Shown here piece by piece: positions 50,381 through 63,523 of a DNA stretch of 64,000 bases; positions within the stretch are counted from its first letter, which is position 1; each line of letters starts with the position of its first letter. The notes under the pieces were generated by a model, which saw nothing but the letters and a program-made list of their open reading frames with translations, was not told where the DNA came from and did no database searches. Source of the DNA: Azolla caroliniana (Eukaryota; Plantae; Polypodiophyta); assembly GCA_043228905.1 (NCBI GenBank), contig JBHGNT010000020.1:11904001-11968000 (forward strand), written 5' to 3'. The translations under genes and the position numbers were made by a program.

Positions 50381-51390
50381 GAGGTCATTCGGCGGACGTC
50401 GATCGCGTCATTGACCGCCGCCTTCCCTTCGTGCTTGCGCAATCTGGAGGTCTCGCACCATTTTGATCAGTTCCTCCAACGTTGTATCTCCCGTTGAGCC
50501 GTCATCGATGTTCGTCGGTGTCAACCCAATTCGAATCTCCAACTCGTCTCACCTGGCCGAGTCGATAGTTCTCCGATCTTCCTCCCGATAGTCGGGCCTA
50601 GTAACGACGTGTCCTCGTTATCGAAACGGTTGCAGACCCCCTTTACCACGGTCCAGTCGACCATGAGTCCATCATCCGTCTCCAAAAGGCGACCTACCTT
50701 TTCCGGTCAAGTGGGTCGACCGACTTGATAAATAGCAGGACCTTGCTCGTATTGAGCAGGATCCGGTCCAGTGTTGAAAGGCGCACAAATCGCTTCTCAA
50801 ACTCTTGGAGAAGCATCAATGTGTTCCAGCCTTTGTCAGGGAGCTCAACCCACTCCATGAACTCCCTCTTCGACAACCAGAGTGAGTCATCGAAGCCGTA
50901 TCTTTTGAGGAGCCGTCCCTCGAACTCCGACCAATTCCTATAGTCGGCTTCAACCTCAAGCACTTCCGTGTGGATGCTCGGCATTACGACCCGTGGGAAT
51001 CCGGACAGTCTTCTGTCCTCCGGAATGTCCCTCATTAGCATTTCGGCCTTATAGGCCTCCAAGTAACTCATTATGTCCTTTCCATTAAATCAGCCTCTTG
51101 TGCCGACTATCATCTCTATAGCCCTGTTCAGGCCACTCGCGCTCTCCCGAGCGTTCACCAGGCAGTCAACAGCCACCACCATTGCTTCTGCAAGCTCACT
51201 TCCCTCATTTTTAACTCCTTTGTTGCCCCTTTCATGTCAGATTCACCAAAGATGTCACAGAATTCCGCGAGTATGTGTCGGAACAGGGCGGGACCATCAG
51301 GGCTGTGAACAAAGGAGTCGGTAAAGATGGGGGAAGCGGGAGAGAAGCTTCTATCCGGATCAGCCTCCAGATATCTTCACCGGCACACGG

Positions 51391-52003
51391 TGTCGTGTTG
51401 TTTCGCTTTCGCGTGGGAAATAAGGCGGGACTACGGGGGCCCTGAACCGAGGAGCAAGAGAAAGAAGAGGAAGGGGGAAGCGCGCAAGCGTAGGGCTGGT
51501 TAGGCCTTTCACAACCGACAGCGCTTGTCGGCCGAATGAACCACCAACGCGTATACCGACTGAACAAGAAGCACGCTTGTGGAAACAAAAAGAAAGGGGA
51601 GACTCACAAGAACACAGATAGACAAAAAACAGGAGATTCAATTACAATATTAGTAACGATTACAGTGTTTGCAAGATTACAGCCGGCTAGCCAGTGACAG
51701 ACCCAACCCAGACAATCACACACACCCACGCGCACACACATAGTAGAGCCTTGCCAGAAGGCACACGGCTTTCCTCGAAGCAGAGGCAACCAACACAAAA
51801 TCCTGTAGAGAACAATGAAAGAGGAGGAGAGAGCTCGGTTCCCAGTCCGACAGCACTAGCCTATTAATAATCTTCCTAGGATATTTTCATCAGCCTACCT
51901 ATTCCTAATTATGTACTCCTTATCAATACTTGTGCCCGCGCATAAGGGCCGGTTCACGCGCCCTTTTCACCAATTCCACCTAAGGCCGGTTTTCTTCACG
52001 ACA
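51391..52003 (-). mobile_element. Gypsy solo LTR inside the 5' LTR of the old Gypsy
   Basis: TGTCGTGTT...TTTTCTTCACGACA, the same termini as the intact element. 4-bp TSD ACGG/ATGG. Confidence 0.85.
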
Positions 52004-53811
52004 ATGGGCTCAGGCGCATAACCGATCTTAACCTGTCACTGGATACCGGATGATGAGCACACAGGCTCGGCTACATATGCTATTCCGGACAAACGGGCTT
52101 GGGTGCGTAACCGATTCGGACCTATCAGTGGATGTCGGATGATGAGCACACGGGCTCAGCTACGTATGTTATTCCGGACCTATCACCAGGTACCAGATGA
52201 TGAGTTACGAGCTCAGAAACACAGACAAAGTCATGAGGCAATTGAATAACAGAAAGGAGAATGCGGACTCAACACACACACACAGATCAAATACAATAAT
52301 CAAAATGGATTAATCAACAGAGAAAATACAACCGGACTCGGCTGGTGACAGAGCTTCATGCTCTCAACACACACACACCCAAACTCTAGTGAACCTCTGA
52401 TCGTGAACACACGGGCTTCCAACGTGAACAGAGACCTCACTACCACCAAAAACATAGAAGAAAACCGAAACCGAAACCCTACTAACTACAAGAAATCGAG
52501 AACGCTTCTGCTTCCAAAACAATGGATACCTACAATAGTTCAAACCTCCCCTTTTATAGCACAAGGGGAGGCCGTTACATCATGCTTGATGGCAGCCAGT
52601 TTCTGTCCTCGATTCTTTCTTACATCATATCCTATTATTCCTGTCTTTTTGTGGGACATTAAAGTACCCGTTAACTACTCTACCTAGTACTTATAAATGC
52701 CTTACCTATATTTACATTTCTTTGTACATTAGTTCTTGTTCGTGTGCATACTTGCACACCCTCGTCCACGCGCATCCGGCGAAGTTTCTCCTTGTGACCG
52801 GAATTCCCTACGACAGCGTACATGAAATGGCCAAGATTGTGATTTCCAATACATGAACTTATCCCTCAACTTACTAGACATTCATTCAATCTATTGACCA
52901 TTTATAACATTCATTCCTAATGGATAGCCCAAGTGTCGAAAAATAGAGCCTTTCTTCACCACGAATCTTGTCATCCTAAATATTCCAAATCCCTTTCAGT
53001 ACATGATATGAGACTAGAATTCCTCCAGTTAATATGTAATCCAGAACCCAATGCAAATTGGTTCCATACAAGCATCCCCTTCTCAAGATTCTCTTGTGAG
53101 GCTTGTAGAAACATGAAAGAATCATCATCCAACGCTTGTGCTACTAGTTGCCCTCTAGACGGAAGGTGTACACCCACAATGTCATCATTTGTTGCAAGCC
53201 TTGATAACATGACTAACAAGGGATGAGTAACAATAGCACAACAATGGGCTAAGTGGGCATCCTTGACGAACGGATCTTGTGAGGGTAATATCTGATGTAA
53301 CTGCCCCATTAAACATTACTCGAGACACCACATCTTGTCCTAATAAAAATATGAGGCGAGATATACGAGGTCCAAAGCCCATTGTATGCATTAACCTAGA
53401 AACAAAGGACCAATTAACATGATCATAAGCTTTCTCCAAATCTAATTGCACCATAATCAATTATTGATGAGTGTTTAGAGCATAATCCATGGCCATTTGA
53501 ACATTCAACACATTATGCAATATATTCCTACATGCAATAAAACCATATTGGGTGGGATATATCAAGTTTGGCAAATACTTTTGTAATCTATTTGCCAAGA
53601 CCTTTGTAAATATCTTATACAACTCACCCCCCCCCCCCCATCAAAGAAATAGGTCTCCATTGATGAAATGACTCAGGAGATGCCACCTTTGGAACTAATT
53701 TAATTAGACCAACCTTCCAAGCTTGAGGCACCAAAATCCCGAGAAAGTTCAAACTCACTCTCTCTCACACACACATTGTCTCTCTGTCTCTATCTTTTTA
53801 TTGTAATTAGT

Positions 53812-53995
53812 TTACCCTAGTGGTAAGTTGTTAACACTACAAGCACTACGTCTTGGGTTTGAAACCCAATTTTCTCACTCTTTATTATATACTTGATACA
53901 TATCTCTTAATTCACTAGATGCCACTATGAAATGTAGGGGTTGAACCCATGGCCACTTGGTCTCCCTTGGGCAACCTTACCAACTGAGCTACATC
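53812..53995. other. Twin convergent tRNA-like module, copy 2
   Basis: Plus strand TACCCTAGTGG at 53813 and GGGTTTGAAACCC at 53855. Minus strand TAGCTCAGTTGG at 53991-53980 and GGTTCAACCC at ~53947-53938. (CT)n on both sides. Homologous to 24880-25069. Confidence 0.7.
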
Positions 53996-54028
53996 TCTCT
54001 CTCTCTCTCTCTCTCTCGCTCTCTCTCT

Positions 54029-56245
54029 AAACAATTTATCCAAACGCAAGAGAAAGCGCATGCATGTGCTAAATTTTGGGGAAATCTAAAGGGAAAACGT
54101 GTTGAGAGTTATGGTGACTTAACTCTTCACGACTTGTCTATGCATTGTAAGAATTTATATGAGTTATCTCTTGCCGGAAAGATGATGTGTTATGATTCTC
54201 TTTCACATATGCCTCCCTTCTTTACAATTGAAGATATATGCATAGGACTTAAGAAATTGGCCTCTCAAAAGGCAAGCGATCTTCAATGTATAAAGGTTGA
54301 AATGCTCAAATGGACGGGAAAGGAAGCACATATACGGATAAGCGATATGTTTAATGATGCATTGCAACATGGTATGTCGTACGATTGGACTACAAATTGG
54401 ATCAAACCTTTACATAAAGGTGGAGATATAAATAATGTAAACAACTATCGAACCATCATGGTTGGCTCATTAATGGCAAAACTATTTGGATGTATAATGG
54501 AATCAAAGATAAGTGTATGGGCTGAAAAAAGTGGTAAGAGAGCTTATGGACAAGCTGGCTTTCGGAAATACCATAGCACCATTGATCACCTTATCACCCT
54601 TCTAGTATTAATGGACGAAAGTCGCCTTAGAGGTAAAGGTTTATATTGTTGCTTTGTAGACTTCAAGAAAGCTTTTGATATGGTACCTCGTGAGCATCTT
54701 TGTAGGCGAATGGAAGAACTTGAGGTGCCAAGTGAATATATGCTTGCAATTTCCCGAATTTATGAGAAGGTTATATGTTGTGTGCGCATGAGAGATAAAC
54801 TTTTAGATTTTTTCAAAAGTACTATTGGTGTTAAGCAAGGATGCCCACTCTCACCAACACTATTTGGTTTATGCATTGATGAATTGGAAGAAATGGTTAC
54901 CAAGTTTGCAAAGGAAGAATGTGTTGAAGAAGTTGCCATTGGGAATGTTGTGATTATGCTTTTGCTATATGCAGATGATGTAGTGCTTTTTGCAAATACT
55001 TTAGGAGATGCACAAAAGCTTATGAAGGCATTGGAAAAATTTTGCATGCATACTAAATTAAGTGTCAATAGCTCTAAAACAAAGATTATGCTTGTGAAGA
55101 GCCAAAAAAGAGATAAACCATGCATTATGTACAACAATGAGCCACTTGAATGTGTGGAAAGCTTTAAATATCTTGGCCTTGAAGCTCCTTCAAATCATAG
55201 ATGGAATGAATGTGCTACACGCCGCTTAGAGGCAGGCAAGCGAGCATACTATGCATTTGAGAACACATGCAATCTTGGAGATATTAAGTGTTGGATCCTC
55301 AAGAAATATCTTTTCGACACTTTGGTGACACCGGTTCTTCTCTATGGGGCGGAAGTATGAGGCGGTAGCATCCCTAAATCTATGTGGAAAGAGTTTGAAA
55401 ATGTCCAAAAGCATTTTCTTACCAAGTTTCTACAAGTTAAGAAACAAACGCCCTACACCCTCCTCCTCCTTGAGACGGGATCGCTTCCCATTGAGATCAT
55501 GGCCATGGAAAGGGTTGTTGAATACATGCTTAAGGTTCAAAAAAGTCCCTCACATCGACTTCCTAGAATTGCGTGGGAAGCAAGCAAAAAGATCCAAAAG
55601 ACGAATAAAAGCAAAATTTTGTGTTCCGGTTGGATGCCAGATATAGAAAAATGGTTTGGTAGATGGGATGCGAGACACTTGCTTCATGATGCATCATTAG
55701 ATTCCTCTGTAAATGAGACATTTTTGCAACACCAATGTATCATGACATGGGACAAATGTGGAGGCTCAGGCTTCACACATTATACTACACATGTTGCACC
55801 TAACTACAAAACCATATTCTTTGCGGAACGGGGAAATCGTACACATCCATACATGTTAGAGCCCATACCGTTATCTTCCATTCGAACCATTGCTTCCATG
55901 CGACTTAGCTCACATGCATTGCGATGTGAAACAAGGCGTTGGGGTACAAGTGATGAGAGTGGTCGGCTATGCACACTTTGCCCTAAACAAGTTCGCGAGT
56001 CTGAGTATCACACTTTGATACAATGCTCTGCCTTTGATCATATTGGACCATGCTTTCAACATCTCTTCGATCGAGCCCAATCTTTGCATGAATTCCTCTC
56101 ACAACCACAATGTGCACTCTCAATTGCAACATTCATTGGTAAAAAGTTCTTGAACATCGAGAGTCACTACTCACTTTCACACGTATCACGTGAAATGTAA
56201 TATTTTTGGTCTCATAAGTCATATTTGACCTCCGAAGACGATAAT

Positions 56246-56324
<79 letters not shown>
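54029..56324 (+). mobile_element. RTE/RTEX-type element, copy 2 (near-intact RT-only ORF)
   Basis: ORFs 53957-55360 and 55382-56200 are in the same frame, split by one TGG>TGA, with a late frameshift near 56140. Long (CT)n tail at 56251-56324. Highly similar to copy 1. Confidence 0.92.
56251..56324 (+). repeat. (CT)n microsatellite, tail of RTE/RTEX copy 2
   Basis: Perfect run of roughly 36 CT units directly after the element's 3' UTR. Confidence 0.95.
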
Positions 56325-56327
<3 letters not shown>

Positions 56328-59300
56328 ACACTATTTGCAATCACAAGACTTTAAATAATCAACTTCCAAGGACCACATCAAAAAAATTCCCTCTTAACAA
56401 TCCCATTATGCATGGTATGTCTCCATGCCATTGTCAGACACATTTATAGCTTATTGTTGAGGAACCTTGCTAACCTAACATGTTGCAAATACGCTTTGTA
56501 GGTCTTTACCTCACTTTGAGATTTCCCACCAATAGCATTATGGACCGTTAAAACAAAAGAATGTGAGTGCACCCGTGTATTCATCTCTAGCTTTGGTTTC
56601 AATACATATGGACATTAGGATCCTGATTGCTTGCCTTATTTGTTTTTATTGACTCAAGTTTGGAGAGATCATTTTCTTCTTTCTCCACATCATACTGTGA
56701 GGTTTCAGAAAATAAAATAGCTAGAATGATATGTTCTATTGCATAGTTGTTGATTAAAATGACATTTGGGGCAGGATAATTATGCTCATGTATGACGCCT
56801 TCTTTGTCGACGAGCATAATGTTGAGGCCAATATGAACAAATATATCACACGTACCACAAAGTTACACAATATTTAGATAGCCAAGCTTAGGAGTGGGAA
56901 AATAAAGGAAAATAAAAAGAAGTTATTATTGAGATTCGAGAAGGTGAAACAAGATGCGGATAATTTAAGCCAAGATTACGAGAGCACTTGCTACATCTAT
57001 TAAATTTTAATACTCCAAATGGTCGGGTGCATGGGCAATATTACTTTCTCACCCACAAATGTTTTGGATTTGATGGGAATAAGATTTTGATGATATTGGC
57101 TCATGATAAAATTCTACCTTTCTCATTTTTGTGTAGCCCTAATGAACTACTCTACCATGTCTTACCACATGTTACATCCTGTTTGAATGCCTCGTACTAG
57201 TCTTTACTAGGGAATTAGATTCTAAGCAATTTTTACACCTCATTTGTTATTATAATTTGAAATTCTTATGCCATGTAGTTGTTTTCATCACCCACCTTAA
57301 AAGCTCCTTCAATGCGCCTTTTCCAGATTTTCTTGTTGAGTCCTTTACCACAAAATACCAATGTAACGAAGGAGGAATAATCATAATTCCAAGTCTAGTG
57401 TCTTGTGACTTCATTTCATTAAAGAAAAAAGTCATATGTAATTTTATCATGATTCATGACCCCTTTCTACCAAAGGGAACCTTTTGAACTGTGTATTTGT
57501 ATCTTTCAATATTCGTGGCATGTGTCTCCTAATGATTTATAAGTTTCACTTGTCTAGTGAAGTTCTCATATGGAGGACTACGATGGTCTACTAAAGTTAT
57601 TGTATTAAGATGGATTGAGATATCTTGTAATAGATTCGTAGACAGGGAGAGGTTGGTTCATTCATTTCATCATTATCTAATTCGTCTCAAAAAATATATT
57701 TCTAAATGAGTCCTTTTATTGCACATGTAGCATCCAAAAGTTTGAAAAAGTTTTTAAGATATATCTTACCCCACCACAAGTTAACAGACAAAAGCCTACC
57801 ATCGTTTACCTACTAGTAGTTGTGATATAACTTCTTCTGCGCTAAAACATGAACCGAATGACACCAAAGAAGCAACATGTTGATTAAGAAATAAGTTTAG
57901 CATGAATCTCATAATTATTCAAATGGCGCTATATAACGATACACCAATACATAATAATGCTACAAGTGTAATTTGATCGAAGGACAAGCAAACTATTTTC
58001 TAGCCTCCTTTCTCAAATTCAATGTTGGGTACAACTTGTCTCCACCTACTAAGTGTCCCCCCACGTGTTTATGTACAGACTTTTCATTCTTAATTGGTAA
58101 AACATCAAGGCTTGTACATTTGTTCAAACGATTGTCTCATCCTCTTGCATGTTCATATAGATTGTTTATGTATACTTTTAAATCTACACTTTTTTTAATG
58201 TAACAATCCATGGTCACACACTAAAGACCTAGGAGGAGGTTTTAAGACAGTGACATTATGAGCTAACCATATCAAATAGATTTAAAACATGTGTATCACA
58301 TCATCTCCATTAACATTTAACATTACCAAATGAAGCGGTCAATCCATACCCCTCATTATTATACATAGATCATTTAAAGTGTATTATGATCAACACTATC
58401 ATAATATATGTTTGCACTCGTCTCTCCTTGATCTAGCCATCGAAGGCTCAAATAATTGGGAAATGTATGAATTATTTTGCACCTTTTAAAGTTGCATGAA
58501 AAATATAAAGTGGGCAAGGAACGAACACATCATGATGCATATTTACATTGGATTCTCTACCTTGATGTTGACATCAACAACTCGAATTATTGGAAAAGGT
58601 ATGAATTATTGGAAAAAGTGAAGGCATGTCAGATGAGCAAACATTTGGGACAGGGTGCGTTGAATGTTGAGCTTGAAATAATTTGGATGGAGGGAGGGCA
58701 ACAAGGTTTGGAGGACTTGTATACTTTTATCGGGGGGAAACATGGAATTTAGAAATTCCGAAATCTCACATTTCTAAACGAGGGGTGTATGTTTCTCCAC
58801 TTGAAGTTTTATAATCTTCACTAACATTATATGCATAAAAACCAGTTCAACATTAAAAAGATATTGATCTAAGATATCGACTAGGAAGCATTGTTTTTTT
58901 ATAAGCCCTTGGTACAATAAGAATTTTTACAACTGGTGCCAAATAAGATTCATTGAGGCCATATGTAGAGTGTAATTTTTTTGACAAAAGGTGTGAAAAA
59001 TTAGCAATCCAAAATCTTTGCGAAATGGGTCGATTGCATATGATTCTCTATGTAAAAACTTTGTTTTCGTGATTTTTGTATACATGAACTTTCTATCATA
59101 TTGGAAACGCTACTAATGAAGATCTCAATTAGAAAGTATTTTGTGAGCCATGAGAGTCACAACTCTTGTTCTCAAAACTCTTTTAAGAGATATCTCAACT
59201 ATTTGAAGGTTTGTAATTCTAATATAAAAAGGTATGTGTATCTTCAATTATGGGATATTAAGGGGGATTATAATGATTCTAGAACAATGGAAAGCGTGAA

Positions 59301-62300
59301 ATACCAATCTAAACTTAGATTTCATTTGAACACGACCGATTTTCAAATCTCGATGGGGAATGAAATTGCATATGATGACAAAGTATGACAAGGGGTTCCA
59401 AGACATTCACATCACAACGAGGTTTTGTTCAAACATCTAACTAGCAAAATGAAGGTGAAACTATAATACATAAAGAGAAAATATGAATGATTGATATATA
59501 TATATATAATGTATATGATATAGATAAGTGGGAAGGGTTAAGACAAAAAGGCATGGATTATATGTGTGGGTGAGAGAGTGACTTCATGCTAAGACAGTGT
59601 CATTATTTGCATTAAGCATGTGAGCACTATCTTACGCCTCGTCACATATGAAATGACGCGATAGGTTCATGAATCAACATACTTGTCATGGAGACAAGAT
59701 CATTATTCCTCAAGTCACGGGTCAATATAATAATATTAGACCATTATTTGGTCCTATCTATACCTTATATTATTGTGCATATGTCTTCTCGTGGTTCAAT
59801 GTGAAGTATCTTCCCAATGTATACTACTTATATAGTGCTAGTACTAGGGCACATCTCCTTTCCTATGACAACAATGAGTATTCTCATTCTAATCATCAAG
59901 CCTAGTACGTAGGTAGAATTGATCAGGTGTGTCCACCCATCGCAAAGACTTGTAACCTAACACATTTTCTCTCATGAAAATCATTATTTTGAGGTTTCAA
60001 CTTTGTGAGGATCCACACTCGATTACATTGAACAAATGTTTTTCTAAGCTCGAGCTTCTCAACATTGTAAGACTTGAACCATATTTATAATGTCAAACCA
60101 AACATTAAGCTTCAACTTCTTGACATGCAAATTTGAACAAACGTGTGCCTTCTTTTTGAGGTTGGTTTCATCATAGTCTCCTCTAATCAGTCTATATTAC
60201 ACCAATGGTAGGATAAAGCGTGAAGAAATTACCTTGCCTCTGCACAAACAATATTATGTTCAATGAAATTATGATCCTAAGCTCAGGCTTCTTGACATAA
60301 AGGAGTGCTAGTGATTCCCTTGGATGTGTAAATACTTTGCAAATACACAAATAGTTTGAGGTTCACACTCATGTAGCTTACCTTCATAAACACCAATATT
60401 ATTCATGTGGTCCATTATTTGACAACATCAATGTGTCAGTTCCATATGGGCACCCTTTCTTTTATTTAACCTATCACAACTTGAAGTATAGCCTACCTAC
60501 CAGTCTCACCATGAAGGACTTATGCGAACCCTTAGTCTTGGGATTCTCAAACTCTATTGGCAATGATCACAACTCACAACTTTTTTTAGAGTACACATTT
60601 AGCCTTGCACATATTTGTGTCCTCGAAGCAAAACACATTTTAAGGAATCCTATGGTGAAGAATGGTCTCTTTCCCGTAAGCTTCATTGACTCTCCACCAT
60701 ACATTGAGTTTGAAGCATGGGTCTCTACTACCATAACCCAAGCCACTTGTACAACATAAAACAGTATTGATCCTCAGAAGACTTGATGGCATTTGTCATG
60801 CCAAGTGTTGACATTTGTATTGCCACATTGTATTTGGAATTGCAATTTTCAAGAGTATCCAATTCAAGCAACTCCATCCTATCAATTTGGCAAGTTTAAC
60901 ATCACACATGTCTCAAAAATAAATTAAACATCTTTCATGAGTTGTACACTGACCATTATACCTTCCTGAAATTGTGGCAACATTCTATAGACAATAACTT
61001 GTGAATTTCATTAGCAGGAATCAAAAGTTGCCTTACTAGATATGGTTAGTAAAGAATCTACTAAAGTCGAATTAAGCTTACAATTATATTAGAGATTGTG
61101 ACAAAATTAACAATTGTATTCATACTTTTCAAGATCACATTGAGATGTCTTAGTCGAAGGCATAGTTACTATGTACATTACGTACTCCGGTCTCAATTTT
61201 CCAATTTCGAAATGTTTAGTTTCGTTCCAATGGGGCAATAAGTATCGATGTTTAAAACAAATTTCATGAGATGTAATCTACAGTAATGAGTAATTGTTGG
61301 ATCATACATGAAATTGTTCTTAAGTAACAAGGATCCAACATATACTTATGGTATACACGATGTTCTTCTTTTCCAAAACATTTGAGGTACTTCCTCATAG
61401 ATGAGAATCCTACTTTTTGGTTTTCATGTTTTTAAAAGCAACATACAATATATGCGTATGTTTCTTAATTATTATTTCACATAAAATAAAAACAAAAACC
61501 CTCAAGATCTTCCTCATTTGTTTCGCCCCAAAATCCAATTGTGAAAAGACCATGATTGTCTTCACAATTTTCTAGAAGAGAATATTTCCATGAAACAATG
61601 AACAATGTTTATTTCACAAATTTGCAAATTATCTATGAGTGGTTTATCAATAGCTCAAGGAGGCATAAAGGATCCAATGTGCACATTGAATATATGTATG
61701 CTCAAGGATATGAGGGTATAAATGTGTCACTAAGAGCTCAAGGACATTAAGAAACATATGAACTCATATGTTTCTCATAACCATGTTTATGAAAAGCATG
61801 CCCTCATTCACTAAAATATTGGTAAAAAAAATCGTGACAATATTAGCTCAAAGCCATCCATCAATATCTAAGTGCATGAGTTCATGACATAATAACGTTC
61901 TAGAAACATGTGCACTTAGTCATTAAATGTAGGTCCATAAAGTTAACCAATATGTACATATTTTTCTACTAAAATCATGTAAAGTTGTAGCATTTTATCA
62001 TAACACTATAAAGTATGTTGGGCAACTGTAACAGAATTTTCTCTACAGTAATTCAAGTTGAATCCAAGAGTTTAGATCAATTACCCCTTGATTTGTGGCA
62101 TGTGCAAGTAATTGGCTTGTGTCTTGAGGTAACCATGGGGAACATATAGTGGCAATATCAAAGAAAGAGAAATAATCAATATATAAAACCCAACCAATTT
62201 CAAGTCCCAAGTGCCAAAAGAGAAATAATTCCCCACATTGTGTTGTTGTAATCCAAATCTAAGCAAAGCAACATAGATTCAATATAAATAATCTCAAGGA

Positions 62301-63523
62301 ATATTAAAGAACCACCAGTCGTTTGTTCAAACATAAATTATATATACAAATGCTGGTAAAATCATAAACTAAGGTTCCAACAAATCTCAAGTCCCAAGTG
62401 CCAGATGGTAAATCGCTACATTGTTTTGTGATGATCCAGATGTAAGCAAAAAGCATCAACACATTTCAAGGAGGGATGTGATATAATTTCAAGAAAAGCA
62501 ATATGTAAAGTGAATAATTTTTTCTGATTTACCAATTTCACACAGTGCACGGCAACAACATTCTCTTCAACATAACATTCAGAACAATCTTTTCATTTTT
62601 ATTCTGCCTAATCTTTTTACAAGTTCTGATCAAAGAAAGACTTGCCTGAGACTCAATAGAAGAATTTAATCAATCAAAGCACATTTCAATGTTTAGATGA
62701 ATACTGTAGTAAGTCTATATCAATTAAGAAAGTATGTAGAAGCATACCAACCAGAAATACAAGCTGATAATTCCATCCAAGGAAACATAATATGGATTTT
62801 ACAATCAACAAATCATATGAAAGCATAACAAAAAATGGTAGCGTAATCCCATATCCTAGAAACACGGTATATACAACTTCCGTAAGAGATACAGAAAGAA
62901 CCTAAAAGATTATCAATATTTGGAAATACAAGACCAACGTTAAACATCACCAATATGAGGATAGATGAGCATGATGCTGAAAGAATGAAAGAAATGTTGA
63001 ATTTACTTAAAGCGATTATCAGGAACACAATGATAATGATGACGATAGATAGCAATGCATACAATCAGAACTCAAAAAGGGCTCACAAACTTTAAAGAAA
63101 CTATTGTTAAAATCCAACTACATGCTCCGAAGGATTTAAGTCATTACAATGATGGTGATGATGATTGATGAACAAAATGTTGGCCCCACAAGAAGAAAAG
63201 AACTATCAACTTCAAAAAGAAACTGTAGAGCTGAAACATAAAACTTGTTTCATTAACTTGAGGTAATCAATAACCTCCCAGGATTTATAAAAAAAGCCAC
63301 TACAATGGTGATTGATGAGCAAAAAACCCCACGAGTATTTGTAAAAAGCCATCACAATGACAATAGATGAAAAACAAATCCTGTGAGGTTTATAGGGAGC
63401 CATTAAAATGATGTTGATAGATGGACAAAAACCTTCAAGGATTTCCAAAAGCCATTCCAATGCCAAGGAAGGAAGAAAAAAGTAAGAAATGACTAGAACT
63501 TCGATGAAGAAGGCAAAAAAGAG

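Larger units (their letters stand above)
32905..52815 (-). mobile_element. Old Ty3/Gypsy element (non-chromovirus, Phygy/Selgy-like), host of several insertions
   Basis: Partial 3' LTR at 32905-33278 matches 52450-52815. PPT at ~33279-33295. Decayed IN, RNase H and RT at 33.4-35.0, 42.3-43.2 and 48.36-48.73 kb. Gag at 50.4-51.2 kb. Degenerate Trp PBS at 51231-51248. 5' LTR at 51253-52815. Confidence 0.85.
27410..53730 (-). mobile_element. Old L1-type LINE split into three pieces (27410-28194, 32349-32900, 52816-53730) by nested LTR elements
   Basis: Minus-strand motifs in collinear order: LDLEKAYDHVNW, SVRQGCPLSP, HLGYPLG (53.4-52.9 kb), then WNHLATP..GAGILN (32.9 kb), then YHNWNMRNAFVF (27.6 kb). 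Confidence 0.75.

Noticed and set aside
53957-54028. True N-terminus of the 467-aa RT ORF
   Set aside because: Non-ATG start running through a (CT)n tract (SLSLSL) that is not preserved in copy 1. Likely a chance in-frame read-through.
56330-63500. Short ORFs (60-110 aa) in the AT-rich right-hand region
   Set aside because: No recognisable motifs or coherent exon structure. Consistent with intergenic DNA and old TE debris.
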